Source: an uncultured Thermotogaceae bacterium (GTDB lineage: Bacteria > Thermotogota > Thermotogae > MWEM01). From it: a stretch of DNA of 63,145 bases. Where the stretch lies: assembly GCA_964403295.1 (NCBI GenBank), contig CAYOFT010000003.1:1-63145 (forward strand). Reading direction: 5' to 3'. This document shows positions 49,341 to 59,690 of the stretch, piece after piece. Within the stretch, counting starts at the first letter, position 1; each line of letters starts with the position of its first letter. The translations under genes were made by a program, and so were the position numbers. Under the pieces are notes generated by a model, which was not told where the DNA came from, did not search any database, and was given only the letters and a program-made list of their open reading frames with translations.

Positions 49341-49688
49341 ATGGAGAAGGCTTTGAACATTTTAATGAAGATTGAAGAGCTTTCAAAAAAGGCGCTGGAC
49401 ACTATAATAAATGAAAAATTCGAATTACTCCCGTCTATTCTTGATCAAAGGGGTGAATTAATTTCTTTATTGGACAAAGCGCAAAGTACATATTTTGAAA
49501 ACGAAAAAACCGTTTTACATCGAATTGAAAAACTTGAATCAAAGATGTTGGAACACTTGAAGAATAGTACTACTGAAACCAAACATTCTATTAATACCGT
49601 TTCAAAAGGAAAAAAAGCTGTTAAAAACGGCTATTTCAAATCGAAAAATGAATACGATAAAAATAACCGTTTCTTAAAGAGAGGATGA
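49341..49688 (+). CDS. FliT/FlgN-like helical chaperone
   Basis: Four-helix pattern, ILDQRGELI, KGKKAV..Y tail typical of FliT-like proteins. Confidence 0.5.
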   Translation: MEKALNILMKIEELSKKALDTIINEKFELLPSILDQRGELISLLDKAQSTYFENEKTVLHRIEKLESKMLEHLKNSTTETKHSINTVSKGKKAVKNGYFKSKNEYDKNNRFLKRG

Positions 49689-49691
49689 ATA

Positions 49692-50951
49692 ATGAAAAAG
49701 ATTATACAAAACATTCAAATTTTAAGTAGTGACAAAATTGTTGAAAACGGTTTTATAATCATTGAAAACGGTATCATCACTAATATCGAGGAGGGCTCAG
49801 TTAAAACAACTGATGCCATTTCAGTAGATTTAAAAGGAAAACGAGTCTTGGCGATTCCTGGATTGGTTAATTCTCACACTCATTCAGGAATGGCTGCCTT
49901 GAAAGGTGCGGGAGATGATTTGCCTTTTGAAGAATGGCTTTTTAAAACAATCATCCCCCTTGAGAACAAATTAGATGATGAAATGATTTATCTTTCAACC
50001 ATGATTTCACAAATGGAAATGGCCCGAAATGGAATCACATCTTTTGTAGACATGTATATGATGCTTGATTCAATTGTCAAAGCTGTTGACGAATTTGGAA
50101 TGAGGGGCTACATCTGTAGAGGTCTTCAGGATGATTCTATGAATGATGGTGAACGATTGAAAAAAAATATTAAAGCTTATGAAAAATATCACGGATCTGC
50201 AAATGGAAGAATTAACATCGGATTCGGTCCCCATTCCCCATACCTGTGTTCCAAAGAATATCTAAAAAAAATTGCCGATGTGGCTCAACAATTAAATGCC
50301 CTCATCCATATTCATTTAAAGGAAAGCAAAAACGAAATGAATCAGTATACGTTTAAGGAATTAGCTGAGATCGGTTTATTCAACACTCATGCAATTGCAG
50401 CACATTGTGTATACGCTGATTCGGAAGATATAGAAATCTTGAAGGAATATAGCGTTTCGGTTGCACATAATCCATCTTCCAATCTTAAATTAGCCAATGG
50501 AATAGCACCTGTTGAGCAAATGCTCATCAAAGAAATAAATGTTTGCTTGGGAACTGATAGTGTATCCAGTAACAATTCATTGGACTTATTCAAAGAAATG
50601 TTGTTGGCTTCTCTAATTCATAAAGGTAAAACAAAAGATCCACAAGTAGTACCAGCAGAAACTTCTTTTAAAATGGCTACAATTAACGGTGCAAAAGCAG
50701 TGGGATCATCTATTATTGGAAAATTGGAAAAAGGTATGCAAGCAGATATTACTTTTTTGGATATGGATAGCATTAATCTTTTTCCTTTAATAAAGCCCAT
50801 TTCCAATATAGTCTATTCTGGAAGAGGATCGGATGTCATTGCTACAATGGTTAATGGTGAATTCACTTATTATTTTGGTAAATATCCCAGGATCAATGAA
50901 GGAGATATCAGGAATCAATTCATGGAAAAATACGTCAAATTGTATGAATGA
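49692..50951 (+). CDS. mtaD: Amidohydrolase, MTA/SAH deaminase family
   Basis: PGLVNSHTH, GPHSPY, HIHLKE, HNPSSNLKL, LGTD. Confidence 0.82.
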   Translation: MKKIIQNIQILSSDKIVENGFIIIENGIITNIEEGSVKTTDAISVDLKGKRVLAIPGLVNSHTHSGMAALKGAGDDLPFEEWLFKTIIPLENKLDDEMIYLSTMISQMEMARNGITSFVDMYMMLDSIVKAVDEFGMRGYICRGLQDDSMNDGERLKKNIKAYEKYHGSANGRINIGFGPHSPYLCSKEYLKKIADVAQQLNALIHIHLKESKNEMNQYTFKELAEIGLFNTHAIAAHCVYADSEDIEILKEYSVSVAHNPSSNLKLANGIAPVEQMLIKEINVCLGTDSVSSNNSLDLFKEMLLASLIHKGKTKDPQVVPAETSFKMATINGAKAVGSSIIGKLEKGMQADITFLDMDSINLFPLIKPISNIVYSGRGSDVIATMVNGEFTYYFGKYPRINEGDIRNQFMEKYVKLYE

Positions 50952-51643
50952 AGGGTTCTATGTCATTGTTTGACAATTTTAACTTAACTGTTTTTTTAAG
51001 GCAAATACTAGTACGTACTCCTGCTGTAATTATTGCATTGGGTTTACATGAATTTGCCCATGCTTATATGGCAGTTAAACTGGGGGATAATACCCCAATT
51101 TTACTAAGAAGATATACCATCAACCCATTAAAACATATCGATCCAATTGGGTTAATATGTTTTATCGTTTTAAGTTTTGGGTGGTCCAGAAGAATCCCTG
51201 TCAATAACCTAAGACTGAAAAATAAAAATAAGGATACCTTTATTATAGCCTTTTCTGGCCCTGCATTTAGTTTATTATTAGCCATATTAGCAGCTTTTGT
51301 GTTTTATGGCTTTGGATTACATAAATTTAGCTGGTTTTTTAATCCTAATCCAAAAGATACATTTTTTTTTCTTAATTATTTATCAGATGTGTTAGGATCA
51401 TTTATGGTTGTAAATTTGATCATATCCATTTTTAATCTTATTCCAATCATGCCATTAGATGCCTCGGCTTTATGGTCAGTATTTATCACTACAAAGCATA
51501 TGAAAACAGTCATGAAATATCAAGTATACGGGATTTTAATTTTATTGATTTTGATTATCATGGGAATTGTACAGGCCATCATGTATCCGGTCATATCGGG
51601 TTTTAATACCATGTTTATCAATTTATCCGGAATTTTCGGATAA
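50948..51643 (+). CDS. Site-2 protease (M50) family membrane metalloprotease
   Basis: HEFAH, AFSGP, NLIPIMPLD. Confidence 0.9.
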   Translation: MKGSMSLFDNFNLTVFLRQILVRTPAVIIALGLHEFAHAYMAVKLGDNTPILLRRYTINPLKHIDPIGLICFIVLSFGWSRRIPVNNLRLKNKNKDTFIIAFSGPAFSLLLAILAAFVFYGFGLHKFSWFFNPNPKDTFFFLNYLSDVLGSFMVVNLIISIFNLIPIMPLDASALWSVFITTKHMKTVMKYQVYGILILLILIIMGIVQAIMYPVISGFNTMFINLSGIFG

Positions 51644-51657
51644 TCTGGAGGGGTTAT

Positions 51658-52548
51658 ATGAGAGATAAAAAAAGGAATTATGAATTTTTAAAAATTGACA
51701 ATGACATCTACAGAAAGATCGTTGAAGAACTATTAGATGTCTATTTAGAATATATTCCTTACCCAGTTAATTCTGTCATTAGCGATTATGAAGACATAAT
51801 TCACGATGGAACTTATTTGCATATTCTAGAAGGCAAAGGTTTATTTGGGTATATTGACGGTAAACGCAAATTTTATCTGGAAGATACGATCAACAATAAA
51901 AATATTTTTTTAGGTGTAAACTGGTTTTTAGAACACAATTTAAACGCCAATTTTGATTTTTGCTCACCCTATTCCATGAGAAGACGAATTATTTCTGTTC
52001 TGGAACCATTGATCGTTTTAATGGAAGTGGAAGATTCAAAAGGGTACAGTCATTCTCAACGTGTTGCGTCTCTATTCACAGCATTTGCAAAAGAACTGGG
52101 TTTAAATCAAAATGAAGGTTCCTTGTTTATTCATTATGCCATGTTACATGATGTTGGAAGAATAGGCGTTGAACAATTAATGCTATATTCGCCAACTCGT
52201 TTGAGAAATTTTGAAGAAACCGGCCAAGACCATACCATTACAGGCTCGGTTTATATTTCCACACTGGAAGTGCTTAATGATTTTGTGCCTTATGTCAGAA
52301 GTCATCACGAAAGATTTGATGGTAAAGGTTTTCCTGATGGACTCAAAGGAGAAGAAATTCCTTATTGGGTTCGGGTTTTGACAATAGTGAATTGGTATGA
52401 TAATGCATTGAATACAGTCGACTCTGAATTCTCGATTGGTGTGATGAGTGAAGATGAGGCTCTGGAAATAATTGCCAAAGATAACGGAAAACTATTCGAT
52501 CCTGATATTGGAAAACAATTTATCTCATTTATCAAGAAAGGCCAATAA
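51658..52548 (+). CDS. HD-GYP domain protein
   Basis: HSQRV, LHDVGRIG, HHERFDGKGFPDGLKGEEIP. Confidence 0.88.
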   Translation: MRDKKRNYEFLKIDNDIYRKIVEELLDVYLEYIPYPVNSVISDYEDIIHDGTYLHILEGKGLFGYIDGKRKFYLEDTINNKNIFLGVNWFLEHNLNANFDFCSPYSMRRRIISVLEPLIVLMEVEDSKGYSHSQRVASLFTAFAKELGLNQNEGSLFIHYAMLHDVGRIGVEQLMLYSPTRLRNFEETGQDHTITGSVYISTLEVLNDFVPYVRSHHERFDGKGFPDGLKGEEIPYWVRVLTIVNWYDNALNTVDSEFSIGVMSEDEALEIIAKDNGKLFDPDIGKQFISFIKKGQ

Positions 52549-53108
52549 TGATGAAACCTTATGTTTTTTCCAACATTATTGCAGCCATTTGGAATCCAAA
52601 GGAAGAAATTGACAAATTAGATGCTTATAGTGGAAATACCGTTTTTCTTTTAAGTTCAGATTTAGTTAATCTTAGCAATCATGTGAAAAAAATAAAAAAA
52701 AAGGGATATAAGGTTTTTTTGGATATTGATTTTTGTGAGGGTTTAGGAAATGGTGAATATTCTTTCAGATATTCCACTTTACAAGGTGTAGACGGAATCA
52801 TTACAGTTAAACCCAAAATGATAGATATTGCAAACAGTTATGGCGTTCCAAACGTTTTAAGAAGTTTTGCCCTCGACAGTAATTCATTGCTAAGAATAAA
52901 CGAAATGATTTCAAATATCAACCCAATGTTCTTAGAAATACTACCCGGTAGTGCTTTTCCAAAGGTTTATAATTATCTAAACGCAAACGGACTGAAAACG
53001 GACAATATGATCGCAGCAGGTTTAATAGAAACAAAAAAAGAAGCAAATGATCTTTTTAAATGTGGGGCTAAAGCAATTTCCACCAGTAAAACAAAATTAT
53101 GGCAGTAG
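52548..53108 (+). CDS. glpP: Glycerol-3-phosphate-responsive antiterminator GlpP family
   Basis: DGIITVK, RSFALDS, EILPG, AAGLI, GAKAISTS. Confidence 0.85.
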   Translation: MMKPYVFSNIIAAIWNPKEEIDKLDAYSGNTVFLLSSDLVNLSNHVKKIKKKGYKVFLDIDFCEGLGNGEYSFRYSTLQGVDGIITVKPKMIDIANSYGVPNVLRSFALDSNSLLRINEMISNINPMFLEILPGSAFPKVYNYLNANGLKTDNMIAAGLIETKKEANDLFKCGAKAISTSKTKLWQ

Positions 53109-53120
53109 GAGGATTACAAT

Positions 53121-54389
53121 ATGAAAAAAATGATGATATTGATGTTGGTTCTCTTTATCACAAGTATGTTTGGCAACGAATTCCTAATGGTTTATCCCAA
53201 TGGATTAGCAATAAAAGGAGATACAGTTTCTGTACAATCTAAAGGCTTTCATTTGGATGTCCCTGAAACTTGGATTGTAGAATCATTCACATCCGTTCCC
53301 TATCCCCAGTTCTATCAATATGTTATTCAAAAACCATTTGATTATGAAGAAACTTTGAAAAAAAGTATAGGCAATACAATCAAATGGCGCTTTGATGATG
53401 GGACAATCAAACAATACAAACTGCTTCTGGATGATCCACTCTTACTATCCGATGAACAGGGTGTATTTTCTCCAAAAAATGGTAGCGCTGTTTTTGAAAA
53501 TGTTCACATTAACAAAGCGCAACAGTACCTTGACTTATATTTTGAGAATGAAATCGAACAACTGGATTATTCATTCATGTTTACAAATCTTTCTTATTCA
53601 ACCGTTTACGTTATGAATCTTGATGATGAAGAGGAAAATGCCGACATTTCGGGGACTTTGATTATTAATAATGCAACGAAACAACATATTCAAACGGATC
53701 ATTTGTATATTTTCTCCGGGGAAATGAATACCGTTTCCACTGATTATGCTTTAAAGACAATGAGAAGTTTTAACTTAGAAGCTGATTCATACAGTGGCGG
53801 TTCAACAATGGAAAATTTCAGTGATTACAAAATCTATTCTATCCCCGGTTCTTTCTCATTTAGGAAAGGTTCCACTGATTATATCCATTTCTTGCAAACC
53901 AAAGAAGTCTATGACATGATTTATACTTTTAACGCTTACTATTCCAATAGAGGCACTGATTTTCAGGCATTTGATCAAACCATCAAAATACCCCAATTAA
54001 AGCAACCATTAATGGCAGGTAAGGTTCGGATTCTTAAATCTGATCAGGATAAAACGGTTTTCCTTGGGGAAAATACCATAAACAATTCAAGTAAAGGACA
54101 ACCTTTAGAGATTAGTTTCGGAAAGTCTTATGATCTTCAAGGCAAAGTCGAGTTAATTCAATCAAATCGAAGTGGAAACACTTATTTTGAAGCTTACAAA
54201 TTCACAGCCAAAAATTATTCAGAAGAAGAGAAAGTCATTCAACTAAATTTCTCAATGCCTAGAGATTCCAATGTTGAAGTAGATGTTTACGACTATACCA
54301 GACCGACAGCAACAATGCTACAAATCCCCTTAACATTGCATGCCCATATGGAAGCTGAGGTTACTTTTGAAATCAGATATGATCGTTGA
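53121..54389 (+). CDS. Secreted DUF4139-domain protein
   Basis: Signal peptide; VYPNGLA start; PLMAGKVRI...FLGE..I; ISFGKSYDL. Confidence 0.7.
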   Translation: MKKMMILMLVLFITSMFGNEFLMVYPNGLAIKGDTVSVQSKGFHLDVPETWIVESFTSVPYPQFYQYVIQKPFDYEETLKKSIGNTIKWRFDDGTIKQYKLLLDDPLLLSDEQGVFSPKNGSAVFENVHINKAQQYLDLYFENEIEQLDYSFMFTNLSYSTVYVMNLDDEEENADISGTLIINNATKQHIQTDHLYIFSGEMNTVSTDYALKTMRSFNLEADSYSGGSTMENFSDYKIYSIPGSFSFRKGSTDYIHFLQTKEVYDMIYTFNAYYSNRGTDFQAFDQTIKIPQLKQPLMAGKVRILKSDQDKTVFLGENTINNSSKGQPLEISFGKSYDLQGKVELIQSNRSGNTYFEAYKFTAKNYSEEEKVIQLNFSMPRDSNVEVDVYDYTRPTATMLQIPLTLHAHMEAEVTFEIRYDR

Positions 54390-54972
54390 AGAAATCATTA
54401 AAAGAATCAAACAAGAACTTAATCCAAAACGCCTAAAACATACGTTGGGTGTTTTGGATTATTCAGTTTTGCTTGCAGAAAAACATAATGAAGACAGTTT
54501 ACCAATTAAGATTGCGGCCCTTTATCATGATGCATTCAGGAATCATAAAAAGAAGGAGCTTATCCAGATTGCAACAAAAAACGGAATTACAATCACAGCG
54601 GAAGAACAGTTTAATCCCATTCTTTTACATGGAAAATTGGCTGCCAATGACTTAAGAACCAGATACCCATCTTTATCAAGAATCGATGAAATAGCACAAG
54701 CGGTCCAATACCATACCAGTGGTTATACCTTTTCTTCAAAAATAGGAAAAATTGTTTTCATTGCCGATTCTTTGGAGAAAAACAGAATTTATCCAGGAGT
54801 GGAAGAACTGCGAAAACTGTCAATAGTTGATTTAAATTCCGCCTTTTTTCTAATATTGAAGGGAAAGGTTAGATTAGCCTTGGAAAAAAATCATATTATA
54901 TTGAAAGAAACCTTAAAGGCTTACAACAGTACACTTATTAATGAGGAGATAATCCATGATAAACATTCTTGA
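54379..54972 (+). CDS. yqeK: HD-domain Ap4A hydrolase YqeK
   Basis: RLKHTLGV, LYHD, LLHG, YHT, IADSLE..R..PGVEELR. Confidence 0.85.
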   Translation: MIVEEIIKRIKQELNPKRLKHTLGVLDYSVLLAEKHNEDSLPIKIAALYHDAFRNHKKKELIQIATKNGITITAEEQFNPILLHGKLAANDLRTRYPSLSRIDEIAQAVQYHTSGYTFSSKIGKIVFIADSLEKNRIYPGVEELRKLSIVDLNSAFFLILKGKVRLALEKNHIILKETLKAYNSTLINEEIIHDKHS

Positions 54973-55990
54973 ATTTGATTTAAATGAGTTGAAGCAACAT
55001 TTTATAGAAAAAGGTATCAAGCCATTCCGAGCACAGCAAGTTTTCGATTGGATTTTTAAAAAACATGTTTTTGATTTTTCGAAAATGCTCAATCTGCCTA
55101 AAGACTTCAGAACAACGCTGAAAACGGAATATATCATTGATTTACCTGAATTAGCTAAAAAACAGATTTCGTCTTTGGATGGCACAAAAAAATACCTTTG
55201 GAATTTGAATGATGGAGAAAAAATTGAATCCGTTTTGCTAATCCATCCAGACAGAAACACCGCCTGTATCTCAACTCAGGTTGGTTGTAGCCTTAATTGC
55301 AGTTTTTGTGCCACAGGAAAATGCGGTTTTACCAGAAATCTTAAAGTTTCAGAAATTATCGGGCAAGTGTTGGCTATGACTCTTGAACATGAACAACGCA
55401 TAGGAAATGTTGTTTTTATGGGAATGGGAGAACCTTTTCTTAATTATGATAATTTAAAGAAATCCATTTATATCCTTAACTCAAAAGAGGCATTGGACAT
55501 ATCAAAAAGGCGCATTTCAGTATCCACAGCTGGAATTATACCGGGCATCTTAAAAATGGCAGAGGACTTTCCAGAAGTCGTCCTGTCTGTATCTCTTCAT
55601 GCACCGAATAATCGAATCAGAGAAACGCTGATGCCAATCACCCAAACTTATCCGTTCCAACAATTAATCAACACCATCAAGCAATATAATGAAATGACCG
55701 GAAAACGTGTAACCATTGAATATTTGCTGATAAAAGAAGTAAACGATTCATTGGAGCATGCTATAGCATTATCAAAAACTTTGAAAGAGTTAAAGGTAAA
55801 TCTAAATCTAATTCCCGTTAATCCGGTTAATCCTGATTATGAAAGACCAGGACATAAGCATATATCAATTTTTAAAGAAATAATGGAAAAAAACGGTATT
55901 GAAACGGTTATTCGACATGAAAAAGGTACAGATATAGCAGGTGCATGCGGACAGTTAAAAAATCAAAATATCAAGGGGGAAATGTTTTGA
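54956..55990 (+). CDS. rlmN: 23S rRNA/tRNA m2A methyltransferase RlmN
   Basis: CISTQVGCSLNCSFCATG, MGMGEP, SLHA, IAGACGQL. Confidence 0.95.
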   Translation: MINILEFDLNELKQHFIEKGIKPFRAQQVFDWIFKKHVFDFSKMLNLPKDFRTTLKTEYIIDLPELAKKQISSLDGTKKYLWNLNDGEKIESVLLIHPDRNTACISTQVGCSLNCSFCATGKCGFTRNLKVSEIIGQVLAMTLEHEQRIGNVVFMGMGEPFLNYDNLKKSIYILNSKEALDISKRRISVSTAGIIPGILKMAEDFPEVVLSVSLHAPNNRIRETLMPITQTYPFQQLINTIKQYNEMTGKRVTIEYLLIKEVNDSLEHAIALSKTLKELKVNLNLIPVNPVNPDYERPGHKHISIFKEIMEKNGIETVIRHEKGTDIAGACGQLKNQNIKGEMF

Positions 55991-56877
55991 AGAGGATTGT
56001 TATTGGTATTTTAATCGTTATTGTTTGTATCGGAATGTTTTTTTTCTTAAAGGCAACTTTTGCCAACGAAATCTTTATCGATCCTGTAATTTTCTCAGTC
56101 GGACCTTTTGAGATCCATTGGTATGGTGTGATTATTGCAACCGGTATCATTATCAGTTACCTTATTGGTCGAGGTCTTGCTATTAAAGAAGGAATTAACG
56201 ATGAACATGTTGCTGAAGCGTTAATTGTTGGTGTCATTACAGGAATTGTTGGCGCCAGATTATACTATGTTTTTTCAAGATGGGATATTTATTCTCAGGT
56301 TCCCGGAGAAATTTTTAAAACCTGGCATGGCGGGATGGCTATCCATGGCGGAGTTATCGGTGCCATGATAGGCGTTTTTATTTACACAAAATTGAGAAAA
56401 AAGAGCTCTTTTACTTTTTTACAGGGATTTGATATTGCCGCACTGATGCTTCCCTTAGCACAGGCTATAGGCAGATGGGGGAACTTTTGTAATCATGAAG
56501 CCTATGGAAAACCGACTGATTTACCATGGAAAATGTACATCCCCCCTCGTTTTAGAATGCCTGGGTATGAAGCTTTTGAATTTTTTCACCCTACCTTTTT
56601 ATACGAATCGCTTTGGAATATTGGCATCTTTGTCTTTCTGTTTTGGTTTTATAAAAACAAACGGAAAAACTTCGGGGAAATTTTGGCTTTATACATGATC
56701 TTTTATTCCATTGCAAGATTCTTCATTGAAGGGTTGAGATTGGATAGCTTGTATTGGGGAGAATATAGAGCTGCTCAAATCACCAGTGTTTTATTAATCA
56801 TTTTTGGACTACTTTTATTTGTTTTGGTAAGAAAATATGGAAAAGATAGCAACTCAGAAAATATTAATTCGAAATGA
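55987..56877 (+). CDS. lgt: Prolipoprotein diacylglyceryl transferase
   Basis: IHWYG, GARLYY, GGMAIHGG, IGRWGNF.N.E.YG, HPTFLYES; TTG start overlapping the rlmN stop. Confidence 0.95.
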   Translation: MKRIVIGILIVIVCIGMFFFLKATFANEIFIDPVIFSVGPFEIHWYGVIIATGIIISYLIGRGLAIKEGINDEHVAEALIVGVITGIVGARLYYVFSRWDIYSQVPGEIFKTWHGGMAIHGGVIGAMIGVFIYTKLRKKSSFTFLQGFDIAALMLPLAQAIGRWGNFCNHEAYGKPTDLPWKMYIPPRFRMPGYEAFEFFHPTFLYESLWNIGIFVFLFWFYKNKRKNFGEILALYMIFYSIARFFIEGLRLDSLYWGEYRAAQITSVLLIIFGLLLFVLVRKYGKDSNSENINSK

Positions 56878-56899
56878 TAGAAAGGAAGCATAAAGATAT

Positions 56900-58294
56900 A
56901 TGCAAGAAATAAGGAGAATCCCTCCCAATGATTCGGAAGCAGAAAGAGCTGTTCTAGGTTCAATCCTGCTTGATCCTGAAGTTGCCGGTGATGTATTCGA
57001 AATACTAAGGCATGAAGATTTTTACACACATTCTCATCAATTGATCTATAACTGCATGGAGTTGCTATACGATGATGCAGAAGCTATAGACCCTTTAACA
57101 GTTTCTGACCTCCTAAGAAAACAAAAGCAGTTAGAAACAGTAGGCGGAGAATTGGCTATTGCACAATTGGCAGACAGTGTTCCTACATCCGCACATGCCA
57201 CGCATTATGCTAAGGTCGTTAGAGAAAAATCCATCTTAAGAAATCTGATTAACTCGGGCGGGAAAATCGTAGAGAGTGCATTTAGCCTGGATGATGTAGA
57301 TAACATATTAGATCAGGCTGAAAGAAGCATATTGAGTATCGGCGAAAGATACATTGAAAAATCCTATGCCCCTATCGGGAAAATCGTACATGATGCCTTC
57401 GATAAGCTGGATCAAATAAAAGTGCGACACGATTCTCCTGAGGGTTCTCTTCTTGTAACGGGTCTTGCCACCGGATTTAAATCTCTGGATGAAATGACAA
57501 CCGGTTTTCATCGTTCTGACTTAGTCATTGTTGCTGCCAGACCCTCCATGGGAAAATCAGCTTTGGCATTACAGTTAGCAAGAAACATGGCTGTAGTCCA
57601 CGGTTATAAAGTAGGAATATTCAGTTTGGAAATGTCATCGGAACAAATAGCATTGAGATTGTTAAGCTTGGAGTCAAAAGTTAATTTTGAAAAACTTAGG
57701 AAAGCGGATATCTCAGCTGATGAATGGAACAGACTCACTGATGCTGCAAGTAAATTCATGAAAGCCTCAATCATCATAGATGATGATTCTATGCTTGACC
57801 CCAGGGGTTTAAGAACAAAAGTCAGAAGGATAAAAAAGGAATATGGTTTGGATGCCATCGTTATTGATTATCTGCAGTTAATGAACAGTGGCAGAAATCG
57901 CGAGAATCGACAACAAGAAATTTCTGAAATTTCCAGAAGTCTCAAAGTACTTGGAAGGGAAATGGACATTGCTGTCATTTCCGCTTCACAACTTTCCCGT
58001 TCCGTAGAACAACGAGAAGATAAAAGACCTAGATTATCCGATTTAAGAGAATCAGGTGCAATTGAGCAGGATGCCGATACCGTTATTTTTATTCATAGAG
58101 AATCTTATTATAAACGAGCAAAATTTGAAGAAGAAGAGGATGTAGGAGAAGTGCAGATGCTTAATCATCCACATCCAGCTGAAATCATTATTGGTAAACA
58201 AAGAAATGGTCCGGTAGGAAGCATCAACTTGATCTTTGATCCTACCGTTGTGGGATTCTTTTCAATGGAAAAATCATTTATTCCAAAAGAATAG
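56900..58294 (+). CDS. dnaB: Replicative DNA helicase
   Basis: PPNDSEAERAVLG, AARPSMGKS, IDYLQL, SQLSR, DLRESGAIEQDAD, KQRNGP. Confidence 0.97.
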   Translation: MQEIRRIPPNDSEAERAVLGSILLDPEVAGDVFEILRHEDFYTHSHQLIYNCMELLYDDAEAIDPLTVSDLLRKQKQLETVGGELAIAQLADSVPTSAHATHYAKVVREKSILRNLINSGGKIVESAFSLDDVDNILDQAERSILSIGERYIEKSYAPIGKIVHDAFDKLDQIKVRHDSPEGSLLVTGLATGFKSLDEMTTGFHRSDLVIVAARPSMGKSALALQLARNMAVVHGYKVGIFSLEMSSEQIALRLLSLESKVNFEKLRKADISADEWNRLTDAASKFMKASIIIDDDSMLDPRGLRTKVRRIKKEYGLDAIVIDYLQLMNSGRNRENRQQEISEISRSLKVLGREMDIAVISASQLSRSVEQREDKRPRLSDLRESGAIEQDADTVIFIHRESYYKRAKFEEEEDVGEVQMLNHPHPAEIIIGKQRNGPVGSINLIFDPTVVGFFSMEKSFIPKE

Positions 58295-58307
58295 GAGAAA
58301 TGGATTC

Positions 58308-59690
58308 ATGAAAATTCTTCTTATCAACCCTTGGATCTACGATGTGGCCTCTTTTGATTACTGGTTAAAACCCATGGGATTATTAATTTTGGCCAGAAGA
58401 CTTAAAGAAAGCGGTCATGAATTAAAATTGATTGACTGTTTGGACAGATATGATCTAGATTTGGTTCAATATACAGGGAAACCAACTAAAAGCAAATGGA
58501 ACGGTACCGGCAAATTTTTTTTTGAAAAAGTAGAAAAACCTCCACAAATGTCTCATATCCCCAGATATTTTAAGCGTTACGGTTTACCAAAAGCATTGTT
58601 TGAGAAAAAAATTACTGATTTAAAGGAATCTGGCTTTGATCCGGTTTGTACCTTTGTCACATCAGCTATGACTTATTGGTATCCTGGACCTTATGAAGCA
58701 ATAAAAATCGTAAAAAACATCCTACCAAATACGAAGGTTTTTCTTGGTGGTAATTATGCCAATCTCATGAAAGAACATTCCAACTATTCAGGTGCTGATT
58801 ATGTTTGTAAAAAAAGCAAGATGCCGGAAGTCCTTGATTTTCTTAATTCCCACGGAATAACCATCAAAGAAAACTTAAAATACCAAAATGATTTAATTCC
58901 ACTTTACGAACTATATAATCATCCCATGAGTCATTTGGTCTTTTTCACTTCATTAGGTTGTCCTTATCGATGCACATATTGTGCAACACCATTTTTACAG
59001 GATTTCATTCAGGAAGATCCTCACAGACTGGTTGATGCAATTGATCGTTATTCCTCGATGTACAAAGTTAAAAATATCGCTTTTTTTGACGATGCCATAC
59101 TGATTAACCATCAAAAGCACTTCGATCAAATTTTGCAACAATTAATCAATATAAGATTAAAACAACGTGGTATAATGGTTCATATACCGAACGGCATTCA
59201 TGCCAAACTATTGACAAAGCACACTGCCGATTTGATGATGGAGGCCAATGTTAAAACCATCAAAGTGGCATTGGAGACCATTAATCCAAGCCTCCAGATC
59301 TCAACTGGGGGAAAAGTTACGAATGAAGATTTTTATCGTGCCTTGGATATCTTAAAAACGTCTGGTTTTACAAAAGATGAAATTTCGGCATTTATTATGA
59401 TTAATCTTCCCGGACAGGGTTTTAAAGAAGCGATTGAAATTCATGATGTTTGCAGGAAATTAAAGATACTTCCAGAAATAAATGAATACACCCCAATTCC
59501 CGGCACCATTGATTTCCAAAGAGTCTTTAGTGACAATCAGTTACCCATTGGTTTTGATCCTCTTCTTCTGAATAATACCATTCTTAGTTATTCCTGGCAT
59601 AAAGGTCTCACTATCGAAGAAATTGAACTCATAAAAAACTATAATAAAAAGATGATCAGTGAATTAAAAAACGGAGGGAATGAGAGATGA
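58308..59690 (+). CDS. B12-binding-domain radical SAM protein
   Basis: KILLINPW.YD, PMGLL, TSAMTYWYPG, GGNYA, SLGCPYRCTYC. Confidence 0.85.
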   Translation: MKILLINPWIYDVASFDYWLKPMGLLILARRLKESGHELKLIDCLDRYDLDLVQYTGKPTKSKWNGTGKFFFEKVEKPPQMSHIPRYFKRYGLPKALFEKKITDLKESGFDPVCTFVTSAMTYWYPGPYEAIKIVKNILPNTKVFLGGNYANLMKEHSNYSGADYVCKKSKMPEVLDFLNSHGITIKENLKYQNDLIPLYELYNHPMSHLVFFTSLGCPYRCTYCATPFLQDFIQEDPHRLVDAIDRYSSMYKVKNIAFFDDAILINHQKHFDQILQQLINIRLKQRGIMVHIPNGIHAKLLTKHTADLMMEANVKTIKVALETINPSLQISTGGKVTNEDFYRALDILKTSGFTKDEISAFIMINLPGQGFKEAIEIHDVCRKLKILPEINEYTPIPGTIDFQRVFSDNQLPIGFDPLLLNNTILSYSWHKGLTIEEIELIKNYNKKMISELKNGGNER

